Assembly (NCBI GenBank): GCA_050084985.1
Contig: JBITNC010000001.1
Span: 188,170,001-188,234,000 of the forward strand
Origin: Nageia nagi
Lineage: Eukaryota > Plantae > Pinophyta
Reading direction: 5' to 3'
DNA: 64,000 nucleotides
The notes beneath the pieces are model-generated. The model worked only from the letters and a program-made list of their open reading frames with translations. It did no database searches and had not been told where the DNA came from. The position numbers and the translations under genes are program-made. How positions within the stretch are numbered: position 1 is the stretch's first letter; every line of letters starts with the position of its first letter. Of this stretch, positions 1 to 11,472 are shown piece by piece.

Positions 1-554
1 TTAGATTTTCATAGATAATACATCATTAGGAGCAGAAAGGATGAAATTAATATAATATAAAGGATAGAAAATTAATATCATCATGAGATACTATACCCCA
101 TTCTTAGATACGTATGAGGAAGGACATCATCATGAGGTATTATGCCCCATTCTTAGATATATGATGGTTTATTTAGAATCTAAACAATAAAGAAAAAAGG
201 ATACTAAGGATAGATGATAATTAATTTCCCAACTGATAAAGGAATCAAGGATAAAATTATAACATATTATCAAACATGTAAACAACGATTTTTTATCAAA
301 TTATTATAAGTAACATAATCATAGTAATGTACTTATACAAATAAAAGAGATAAATATCGAGAAGAATCCTTATGTAGCTGCCTAGAAGGATGTCTCTAGG
401 TCTAACATGATTCTTAGTAAATGTACAAAGAAGAAGAAGAGCATATCTAATGGATAATCTTCATGAAGATGAGCATCTTAATGCTTTCTAATATGATACA
501 TAATGTACAAGGAGATTTATCACATTAAAGATCAACATGTCAAGACTCATTGAA

Positions 555-2030
555 ATGATGGTGAGACAATCCAAAATTGAGATGCACTAGAGTGGAGGAA
601 GCCAAAATAATGACCAATATTCAACTCTACCATTGACTAATCCTTTACCTTTCAACATTGAGGCCAAAGTGGAGATTTTAACTTTTAGAGGAGAGGTGGA
701 TGTAGAGAAGTTGAATACTTGGTTGAAGCAACTAGGGGTATACTTCCAAGTGCAAGTTGTTTTTGATGATTCTACAAAAATCTCATTCATCAAATTGAAA
801 TTAGGTGGACATTATTTGATGTGGTGGGAAGCTTATAGTGACTTGTTAAGGCATGAAAACCTATTACCTATTTCATCTCAAGTGGAATTCAAGGATTTGT
901 TAAAGGGGAAATTTTATCCCTTGGGACATCACAAGAAGCAAATGATGAAATGGAAATTCCTAAGACAACAAAGAGGTTATATTATTCAAAAATACACTAT
1001 AGAGTTTAAAAAATAAGCCATTGTGTTGGTAATTTCTCTTAAAGATCCAAGTGTGTTGATGAACTACATTGGAGGTTTGCATTCTCATTTGTAAAAGTTA
1101 ATTATGTTGTTTGATATTATTAAACTTGATAAATTTAGTGTGCAAGCACAATATCTTGAGGAAAATGGGAAATAATAAAGGCAATTTGAGAACTCCAAAG
1201 GCATTGGCTCTAGTGGAAAATAAGAGAAAGGTAAAACTCATTACAAGGGAAAATGAAAATAATAACAAGAAAATAAGACTCCCACTGCCAAAAATATGAT
1301 AAGCATTGTTCTCATTACGATAAAGATGGACATGTTGTTGATACTTGTTGGGAACTTCATCCAGAACAGAAGGAGCAAACATTGGCAACCAGGAAAGTAA
1401 AGAGGAAGAGTAAGAAGAGTTTTATGGCAGCAAAAGGTGAGATAGTAAGTGATAGTTCTAATGTTGATAATAAGATCACTTGTGTTACTATGTAAAGGAA
1501 ATATGGTGCTAGTGAGGAACAACATAAAATACAGTTGTTTCATATTAAAATCAAAGTAAAGAGGATAAGGATAGACTCTATCTTTGATCTTGATTCCCAG
1601 GCCAACCTTATTACTGAGAGTTGGGTTAAAACATTAGGAATGGAGACTTTTTCTCATCCTCATCCATATCCTTTATGTTAGTTGAATAATGAAATCAACA
1701 TTGTAAGTTAATTTTTTCTATTAGTAAGAACTTCATTGATGAAGTGGTGGTTGGTGTAGTCCCTCTTAACATTTGTGGTGTTATTTTTGGTAACCTTGAT
1801 TTGTGGTACCAGGATATAATTTATTTCAAGAAATTGAACTAGTATCAACTTGTAAAGAATGGTATTTCTTATGACATCAATACTCATAGAAGTAGGCAAA
1901 AGATGAAGTTGGTGATAAAATTTAAGGATAATGGACTTATCAACTCTAGTAAGAGGTTCATGGTTTATATGATTCGGACAAAAGAAATTATAAAGTTTGG
2001 AGGTCTAAAGGACTTATCAATGCTAGTAAG
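555..2030 (+). mobile_element. Degenerate Ty3/gypsy gag-protease remnant
   Basis: ORF 633-1016 resembles retrotransposon Gag (WLKQLGVYF...KLGGH...WW...FKDLLKGKFYP). A decayed CCHC knuckle (CSHYDKDGHVVDTCW) lies near 1305-1352 and a protease-like segment (IDSIFDLDSQANLI) near 1570-1612. Broken by stops; ends approximate. Confidence 0.75.
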
Positions 2031-3127
2031 AGGTCTTTATGTGTGAAGAAATTATTTGTACGCTTCTTTTCATATTTATGTGTACATTTTTATACTTAGT
2101 TATCCATATGTGATGAACTTGTTTGTACACTTTAGAACATATGATGAACTATTATGGGCACTGTTTAGTTATCTATGTGTGCGGAACTAGTATGTGCATG
2201 TTATCATATGTTTTATTTTTTTATGATGATCAACACATTTTATTTATACAACAAATGACTATAGGTTTGCTTGGCATCTTTGTGATGACTTATAATGCAC
2301 CATTTGATCAGTTTATGGATGGCATTACTTGATTCATTTATCTTATGTTGATATGAATGTATATATGATGCATCTAACTGATACAATTTATGAGTTGTTT
2401 GTAGCTTGTAGGTTTTTTATACAGATTGCAGGTTACTTACTTTAGGTATGCAGGCTCATCATGTCAACATGTTATTGAATAACTACTACTTATACATTGA
2501 AACCATTTATAGTTGATAGTATTATAAACCGTTTATTCAAATGGTTATGTAGTTTAACCTTGTCTAAATCTTATTACTTCTCAAGATGTTAAGTTCTCAT
2601 CTTCAATTATATTTCTTATGGAGGATAACTCTCTTACACTCTCTTTTTATCTTCTCTTCTCTCTACCCCAATATTGCATTACGGAGGGGTGTTAGAAAAA
2701 ATAATGCATTATTGTATTAATTATTTTTTAGATAGTATCTAAATAATATTATCTCTTCTCTTTATGTAAATATCTATTTAATCCACTTGATACTTAAAAG
2801 TATTCCTAAATAACTTTTAATTATTTAGTGAATTAAATATTGAAACTTGTCCTACACTCATCCCACTTGAGGATATGTTTATCATTTGGTCTTTGGTATT
2901 CCCCTTGGGTAAAAAGGTGAGCTAAAGTGGGATTTTTGCCTATAAATTAAGGGTTCCCCTCAAGCATTCTTCACTCTTATAAAAAGAAAAGAAATGCTCT
3001 TAGATTGATAGGAAGAAATAGAGTTACTAGTCCATTGTAAGAGTGTGTTCTTGAGAAGTAATAAGATCTAGATTAGAGTGAAGTACTCTCTTGTTGAGAG
3101 GAATCACTATATATCATGTATCACTTT

Positions 3128-3610
3128 TGTTAGAATTTGTAATGAAATATTGTGAATATCTAAACTCCTTGTAAATTCAATTAATCACTTAAGGGTATGT
3201 AGATACCTTAAGAGATTAATTGAATTCTTTAATATGTAGACTTTGACTTTACCAAAGTGGTTAGTTGGTAGGTTGAAGTTAGGTGATACATTTAATGTAA
3301 CCCTAACCTTACCCTTGGGTTAAAGGAAGGTTAGGGAGGTGCTCTCAAGCTAGAAATAGAGGGCCTCTCCTCTTGTAACATAACTAAGTTCTTGGAGTAA
3401 GATTACTCTACTAGTTGTGTAGGAGAGGAAGAGAATAGTTGTAAGAGGGGCATACTTGAGAATTGAGATACTAGTTGTGGATGTACTCCCAAGGAGGGAG
3501 GAACCACATTACACTTGTGTTATCTTGAGTGATTGTGTTATCTTGTGTATGATTGAGTTTCCTAGTCTTAGGTCCTTGAGGATTTGTTTAGATCTAGTTC
3601 AAATCCTTCA
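3128..3610 (+). repeat. 5' LTR of copia element 1
   Basis: Direct repeat of 11473-11955; followed by the PBS. Confidence 0.97.
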
Positions 3611-3612
3611 AT

Positions 3613-3625
3613 TGGTATCAGAGCC
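3613..3625 (+). promoter_or_regulatory. Primer binding site (tRNA-iMet)
   Basis: TGGTATCAGAGCC, 2 nt after the LTR end. Confidence 0.95.
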
Positions 3626-3629
3626 TTGT

Positions 3630-3708
3630 TGTGGAAGCTCTTCTTCTTGGTGTAGAAGCTCTTCTTGGTGTGGAAGCTCTTCTCTTGGTGTGGAAGCTAC
3701 ATCTTGGT
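3630..3708 (+). repeat. Short tandem repeat (about 19-21 bp x4) after the PBS
   Basis: TGTGGAAGCTCTTCT(TCT)TGG units. Confidence 0.85.
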
Positions 3709-4234
3709 GATCTTTCTTAATTTCTCATCTTACACTCCATTGGTGAGGTAAATTTTTAAGAGAAGGTATAAATTTCCTCCTCATTTGGTCATTTTTTGGA
3801 TTATTACATAATGCTACTAACACATTATTTGCTATGTGTTAGTCCTTTTTAAGTTGTGATTAACAAATTGCAATTTTTTACTAATCCTCTATGTTACTTG
3901 CAATTTTTAAATTGCTATAGTTCTTTTAAAAAGGGTTAGTATACAAAAATTGTATTTTTTTTCATATTATATTTAAATGTATGTGTTGGTTTAATTATTT
4001 GATTAAATACCAATATATGATGAAAAATTGCAATATATATACTAACATTTTTTATGTTAGTGGTATTATGTTATTACTATTTGCTTAAAAATAGTAATTT
4101 ATTATTGTGAAATTTCTCATATATACTATCATTAGTGAGTTATTGATATGTTCCTAAGCAAAAGGCATCAACATTTCCAAACATAAGAGGAGGACAATTT
4201 TTTTTAGTTTTATTACAAAATTTCACAAGCTCAA

Positions 4235-4329
4235 TATAATATATATATATATATATATATATTATTTTTGTTTAAAATAATCAAATATATATATATATAT
4301 ATATTTTTTATTTTTGTTTAAAATAATCA

Positions 4330-4369
<40 letters not shown>

Positions 4370-4412
4370 ATTTTAAATTTGTTTAAACTAATCAAAAAAT
4401 TATATATATATA
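4235..4412. repeat. (TA)n microsatellite blocks in duplicated TTTTTGTTTAAAATAATCAAA context
   Basis: Several (TA)n runs separated by a repeated linker. Confidence 0.9.
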
Positions 4413-4757
4413 TTTTTTTATTCAAATCCAATAAGGCGGGTCAGGGAAAATAAAAAAATCTATTTTTTATATCTTGGATTAAATACATTAAATTGTATCA
4501 ATTTTCTTAATTCGGGGGGGGGGGGGGGTCCTCCTCACACGCGTGGTGGTGGCTCCTCCTGCCCCCGCATGCACGCTCCTCCTGCCCACATCGTCGACTG
4601 GTTCTATGGCCTGCCCAGTTGCGACAGGTTGCGTCCAGATAGTTTAGTTCCCCGCAACCTAACTCGCTTTGATTGTATGCATTTCATCATTGCTAGTATT
4701 TTGCTTCTCATCGCCCTTCGTGGTATCTTGTAGCATCCGGATGGGAATAGCACCATC

Positions 4758-5219
4758 ATGCCACCAATTCCAAATGTTGCTGCCTCCTCCTCTCAGGCTA
4801 TGCACATCCATGGCATGCCAAGATCACAGGATATGCCCAAAATAGCACCAGCAGTACTGCTACAGCTACATCATGGCCCCCATTTTTCAAGCTCTTTTCA
4901 TAGCAAGAGAAGCCTTATAGGAGACTAATAAAATCTAGCTTATGGACTAGTCCATTTTTTGAAGCATTTGGCAGGAGTGGGCCTCATTGGCACGAAGCTA
5001 ACACCGTTGCATGGACTCCACTGATCACAGAATATGCACCCCCTTCACGCACTGCACCAGCCTATGCATTGTTTAACGAGCTGCACGGTGTTGACACAGT
5101 TCTATGGACTACAATGATCGTAGCTTTGTGGGCTGCATCCACCATCCTAGCAAGCTCTACCTGCTATGCCTGCCCTCACAGAGCTTCAGGCCCTACCGGA
5201 TATACATGCGATAGGGGTT
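4758..5219 (+). pseudogene. Decayed PLS-class PPR gene fragment captured in the copia leader
   Basis: One frame reads LLSGYAH-PWHAKITGYAQN (about 4787-4843) and NTVAWTPLITEYAPPSRTAPAYALFNELHGV-DTVLWTTMIVAL (5000-5128; W-to-W spacing 31 aa, the S-motif length). After a frameshift comes LPAMPALTELQALPDIHAIGV (5157-5219), resembling the L motif LPACAxLAALEQGKxIH. Confidence 0.7.
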
Positions 5220-5689
5220 TGGTCACATGATCAAGTCAAACAAACCCTCCTCACCGACTGGCCACCCCACGTGCCCTCCCACACCCTATGTGGCTTCCTC
5301 CAGCCACCTTCAGCTCCCTTCTACACACTTTGGTCTCTCTTACCCCCTCTGCCCAGCCTCTCCACCTCCATGAGGCTTACACATGGCCCTTCCAATTTTT
5401 TTTTTCAACTTTAGTTGTTGGGTATTTACTTTTTTTACCCACTCCAAATTTGATTTGATTTTTTGCCTTAGTCCAACTTAAATATTTAAAGGTTTTTTCC
5501 CTACGTCTTTTTTACGTAAATAAAGGCTATATTTACTTCACCTAAATACTTCATCGACCTTTTTTTTTAGGGATGACCCCTTCAGTGACAAATAGGGAGG
5601 CCCCATACTTAAACACCATTTTTTTAGCATCCAAGTTGTTAGCACTTTAAGTAAAAATAGGGGGGATTTTTATAATTTTTTACTTAAAT

Positions 5690-5900
5690 CTTTATGGATC
5701 TTGCATGCTAAATAGATCTTGCATGTTACTTAAATCTTTATAGATCTTGCATGCTAAATAGATCTTCCATGCTAAGTTTAAAATGCATGCTTCTTAACAC
5801 TAAAGCATGCTTAGTACTTAAATCTTGTATGCTAAATAGACCTTGCATGCTAAGCATGCTTAGTACTTAAATTTTTAAGTTAAAATGCATGATGCATGTT
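5690..5900 (+). repeat. Degenerate tandem repeat of AGATCTTGCATGCTAAAT-like units
   Basis: Multiple adjacent copies rich in GCATG. Confidence 0.8.
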
Positions 5901-6738
5901 TAAAACTTAATTTTAAGTCATGTACTAATACATGTTTAAGTTATGGATTAATGCTAAGTAGGACTTAGTCTTTGAAAAAATCATTATTTTTGAACTTGAG
6001 CAAAAATATGAAAAATATAAAAGTCCTTTAGGTGTTAGTACAAAACCCATTGGACTCAGTTTTGGACTTTTAAAGTTTCAAGTTCGTGTGGATGGAGTAT
6101 TTTCACTTTACTTTATATTTTTGCACATTTGCTTTATACTTGCAAATACGCAAAATCTTGAAAGTAACCCCTAAAATGAATACATCCGCATGTATTTTCC
6201 ACAACATGACTTGTTTAGGGAGCCATGAGGTGAGGATAGGGCAGACTGGAGCCTTTTTAGTCCAAATACCCAAGTGGTGGTAAGTCCGTCTTAATTGCCC
6301 CTAAGACCTCTGTTGGATTGGACATAACTCTATTAGGTGGACAGGCATGTGTGTAGTGATACCACATGTCCACATGTCCATTCAGGGATTATCCTGATAA
6401 CCTAGGAGGAAAATTGAAAACTTTAATCAAGATAATTAAAATGGCCGATCCAAGATACATCAGATCCTTAGAAAATAGTTAGTACTTCTCCTTGTGAGAG
6501 TATATTACTGACCAAGGTGAACTGGTTGAGGACTGGTAGTACCTGGGCTCCACCTTGTGGGCATCTAGGTGAAGGCCTAATTCTATACAAGAAAACAACC
6601 CCAACTTTATCCTTCTATGGATCGTGGTTAATAAGTTTGCACATATGGGACATGTTTGCTTATTAGATGTTTTATATGTATAGATGGAAAATTGTAAAAA
6701 TTTGCATTCTTATTGCATATTTACTCTTTTTTGTAGCA

Positions 6739-9700
6739 ATGGTTGAAACCTTCGTTCCCAAGCATATACTCGACGGTTCCAACTTTGGAATATGGGAACC
6801 TCGTATGAAAGCCGAGTTACAAGCAAGGAAGCTGTGGCAGACAGTTAGTGAAGACTTGGTCACTCCTACCGATGAGAAGGCTCTTGAAGTATATAACTCA
6901 AAGAATGAGTTAGCAACTTCAATGATTTATCGTGCAGTTTCAGATGATGTCCTTCTCATGATCTCTTCATCAACTTCAGCAAAGGAAGCTTGGGATAGGC
7001 TAAAGAAAATTTACCTTGGGTCCAAATTTTCAAGGAGGTTTACCATTCTACAAAAGTTGTTGCAGTATCGATAAAGTGAAGATGAAAGTGCCTCCATCTA
7101 CTTAAACAAAATCATTGACCTCAGGACACAATTGGTTGGTTGTGGGTACAACTGGATCAATGATGAGTTCATGGTCTTCATCATTCTTCAAAGCCTTACT
7201 ACAAAGTTCAGTAACTTTGTCACAGTTATGGAAACAAGGCTCGATGATGAAGAAGATGTCATCTCACTTGATAACCTTTCTAGACTCCTTCTGAAGCATG
7301 AGGAAACTTTGAACAAGAAAATGTTGAACCTTTCTCCAAAGGACAATAGCATTGCTCTAGGAGCAACCAAAACACCTTTCAAGAAAAAGTTCAAACAGTA
7401 TAAATTCAAAGATAACAAGTCCTCATCTACCTTCAGGAAGTATGACAAAAAGGGCAACAACAATCATGGCAACTACAGGCAAAGGAATGGCAAAGCTGGA
7501 TCAAGCAATCCAACACCTCAGGAAAAGTTTGATGGAACTTGTAACTTTTGTGGTATCTTTGTGCATAAAGAGTATGATTGTCGCAAAAAGAAATTTGCTC
7601 AAAAAGGTAAGGGAAATGCAAATGTGAGACATTTCAATAATAGAAAGAAGAACAAGCATACTGCTACTGTTGCCTACTACTCAATGACTCAAACTATTTC
7701 AAATGATTGGATTATTGATTCAGGATGCACTAATCACATGTGTTATGAAAAGGATAAGTTTGAAAACTTTCATAAGTACAAAAAGGATGCAGTTGTGATA
7801 GGTGATAATACAGTCCTTGATGTTCACGGAATAGGGAGTGTGAAGATTCATGGAAAGACTCTTGATAATGTCTTTTATGTGCCTAAACTAAGGATGAATC
7901 TCATCTTCGTAATTCAGATTACAAGGAAAGGATGCTCATTTGAGTTTACCTCACACTCCTGGTGTGTTAAGAAAGGACTTGTCACCTTGATGAAAGGATC
8001 AGTAAAGGATGACCTTTATATTGTGGATCAAGTACCTTCAAAGATTTGTCTTGCTGCAAATGTTTGTTCAAAGGGTAATCTTTGGCATTAACGATTAGGG
8101 CACCTTACCCACAAGAGTATTCAAGATATGAAAACTCAAGAACTTGTGGAAGGTTTACCTAATATTTCACCCACAATTGGTCTTTGTGAAAGGTGCATTT
8201 TAGGAAAGATGAATAGGCAAAAGTTTGAAAAAGATAAGGCAACTCGGGCTACTCATCCTCTTCAACTTGTGCATTCAGATTTGATGGGTCCTTTTCAGAC
8301 TAAGTCCCTAGGGGGAGCTTCTTATGTTCTGACCTTCATTGATGACTTCAGTAGGATGACATTTGGTTATCTACTTGAGCACAAGGATCAAACTTTTGAC
8401 AGGTTTAAAGACTTCAAGGCACTTGTTGAAAATCAAATAGATTTTAAGATCAAGATGTTGAGATCTGATAATGGGGGTGAATATAATAGCAATGAGTTTA
8501 ATGATTATTGTGTTAAACATGGGATTAAGCAGCAATTCATAATCCCTTACACCCCTCAGCAAAATGGAGTTGCTGAAAGGAAGAATCGAACCATTATGGA
8601 AATGGTAAGATGCATGTTTGGTAACCTTCCTGGGGAGAAGCTGTTCACATTGCTATTCACACCCTAAATAGGTGTCCTACTAAGGTAGTTGAAGGTAAAA
8701 CTCCATATGAAGCATGGACAAGAAAGAAACCTAACCTCTCACACTTCAGGGTCTTCGGTTGTGATGCATTTGCCTTCATTACCTCAGAGAAAAGAAAGAA
8801 GCTAGATAAATGATCAGAAAAATGCATCTTTGTGGGGTATGATAATCAGCATAGAGGTTACAGGCTCTACTCCTCATCCCATAAAACAGTCTTTGTTTCT
8901 AGGGATGTCAAGTTCAATAAACTGTCTGAGGATACGACCTCTCATGCTGAGGTGTCTGATACAGATGATTCTTTGCCTGCACCTAACTGGTTGGATGATC
9001 ATGTAGAGAAGTCACCACAAGAGCAAAATTCTCCAGCACAGAGAATTACAAGGAGTATGACCTTGAATAGCTCTTTATTTGCCAAAATTGATAATACACA
9101 TGAGCCATCAACCTTCAAAGAAGCTTCCAAGCAAGAGTGTTAGATGGAAGCTATGAAAGTTGAGTATGAGGTGCTCATGAAAAATGAAACTTGGGATTTG
9201 GTTCCTTATCCCAATGAGAAAAATGTGATTGGAAATAAATGGATATACAAGGTCAAGTACAATTCTGATGGAAAAATTGAAAAAAACAAGGCAAGGTTAG
9301 TGGCCAAAGGATTCGCTCAGAAATATGGTATTGATTATGAGGAAACCTTTGCTCCTATGGCCAAGATGCCTACTGTCAGAATAATACTTGCTCTTTCTGC
9401 AGCTCAAGGATGGAAAGCTTTTCAACTTGATGTCAAAAGTGCATTTCTCAATGGTGACTTGGATGTTGAAATCTACATGAATCAACCAGAAGGATTTATT
9501 CTAGAAGGAAAAGAGTCTCTTGTGTGCAAGATAAAGAAGTCTTTGTATGGACTTAAGCAAGCACTTAGAGCATGGTACAAGAAAATTTCAGGATTCTTTG
9601 CAGATATTGGTTTTTCCAAGTGCTTCTCAGATTTAGATCTCTATGTACTCAATCAAGGAAAATACGTGGTCTTAATTCTCCTTTATGTGGATGATCTTCT

Positions 9701-10649
9701 CATAATAGGCAATAATATTGAAATCATCCAAGAGTGCATCTCCAAACTAAAGGCAACATTTGAAATGACTGATCTAGGTCTATTGCATTACTATCTTAGG
9801 ATGTAAGTATACCAACATAAAGATTGTACTTATCTTAGTCAATCTAAGTATATATCAGACATCTTGCAAAAGTTTGGAATGGAAGAGTGTAAATATGTTG
9901 CAATACCTGTTTCTCCTGGAATCGTTGTATCACTGAGCTCAGATTCTCAGTTGGCTGATGCTACAGCTTATAGGTAATTGATTGGTAGTCTTTTGTATCT
10001 GACTATCTCTCGACCTGATATTGCCTTTGCAGTGAATCTGATGGCACGATTCATGCAAAAACCATATGTTGAACACCTCAATGCTGTTAAGCAAATCTTG
10101 AAGTATGTGGCAGGGATAAAGGATCTTGCTCTTAAGTATTCCAAAGTGCCCTCAATTGTTCTCTCTGGGTTCTCAGATTCTGATTATGGGGGAGATAGAG
10201 ATGACAGAAAATCAACCTCTGCATATGTGTTTAGCATTGGTTCAAGTGCTATCTCTTGGGCTTCCAAGAAGCAGCCTACTGTGACTCTTTCTACCATCGA
10301 AGTTGAATATCGAGCCATGTCTGTTGCTACCCAAGATGCTATTTGGCTAAGGCATCTTTTGAACGAAATTGGGTATAAGCAAAATGGCCCATCTCTTATT
10401 TTATCAGACAATCAATCGACTATCTCTTTGGCTACGAATCCTGTGTTCCATCAGAGAACTAAACATGTGGAAATCTAAGCCCATTTTATCAGGGAGAAGG
10501 TTCTAGATGACATCATACACTTGCAGTATTGTCCATCTACTGAAAACTCTGCTGATTTGTTCACCAAGCCCCTTCCTGAAGCTCAGTTCTGCAAGCTTAG
10601 GGATTCTCTCGGGTTGGTGAAGTTGCCCTCAAGGGGGAGTGACGTTTAA
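6739..10649 (+). pseudogene. Copia gag-pol polyprotein, disrupted
   Basis: Motifs: Gag (LDGSNFGIWEPRM), CCHC knuckle (CNFCGIFVHKEYDC), protease (WIIDSGCTNHM), integrase (VHSDLMGP, LRSDNGGEY, PQQNGVAERKNR), RT (QLDVKSAFLNG, LYVDDL), RNase H (FSDSDYGG, SDNQS). Stops at 7072, 8089, 8811, 9141, 9804, 9975 and 10476, plus a frameshift near 8625. Confidence 0.95.
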
Positions 10650-10704
10650 ACTTTTGTTAGTGATGACAACTTCACCTCTAAGAGGCCTTTTTGATTGTAC
10701 ATTC

Positions 10705-10986
10705 TAGACCTCTGTGGTAAGTTTGCTCTGCGTGACAAACTTGTTGTACAATGTTGTTATAGAGTGTTGATTATTTTATACCTCAATGGTAAGTTTGCTT
10801 TGCATGACAAACTTGTTGTACATTTTATACCTCCATGGTAAGTTTGCTCTGCGTGAGAAACTTGTTGTACAAATTATGAGCATATAATTAATATACCTCC
10901 GTGGTAAGTTCGCTCTGCATGAGGAACTTGTTGTACATTCTAGACCTCCATGGTGAGTTTGCTCTGCATGAGAAACTCGTTGTACA
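10705..10986 (+). repeat. Five 46-bp hairpin-forming repeats with 3-26 bp spacers in the copia 3' UTR
   Basis: Units at 10705, 10777, 10826, 10892 and 10941; consensus TA(T/G)ACCTCC(A/G)TGGTAAGTTTGCTCTGC(A/G)TGA(C/G)AAACTTGTTGTACA. Confidence 0.92.
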
Positions 10987-11472
10987 ATTTTTATGCTCTA
11001 TTTAAAATCAACACATGTCTATATACAACAGGTGACTATGAGTGATGGCTTGGCATCTCCGTGATGGCTTATAGTGCACCATTGATCAGTTATTTATAAG
11101 ATGGCATTATTTGATTCTCTTATTTGAATATATGATGTATCTAACTGATTTTGTTCATGAGTTGCTTGTAGCATGCAGGATCTTCTTCAGAAATGCAGGT
11201 TACTCACCTTGTGAAAGCAAGCTCATGGAGACTCACATGTCAGCTTAAAGTTGATTGACTACTATGTACAGTGAAACCAGTTGTGGTTAATGATTGTATT
11301 GTAAACCAATTTTTGTCAAATGGTAATGTAGTGAGTCTCATACTAGTTCTCAAAAATATTCTCAAATATGTAAATTTTCTCATCTCCACTTGTATCTCTA
11401 TGGAGGAGAACTCTCTCTTACTCTCTCTCTTCTCTCTTCTACGCTCTATCGCAATATTGCATTAAGGGGGAG

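Noticed and set aside
3456-3710. 84-aa ORF with a Ser/Trp/Cys repeat
   Set aside because: It spans the LTR end, PBS and a short tandem repeat, and has a non-ATG start; incidental.
10705-10986. CRISPR array
   Set aside because: Spacers are irregular (3-26 bp), there are no cas genes, and it lies in a plant retrotransposon 3' UTR.
10826-10986. Hammerhead ribozyme (CTGCATGA-GAAAC resembles CUGAUGA...GAAA)
   Set aside because: There is an extra C in the core and no room for stems I and II, so the catalytic fold cannot be drawn.
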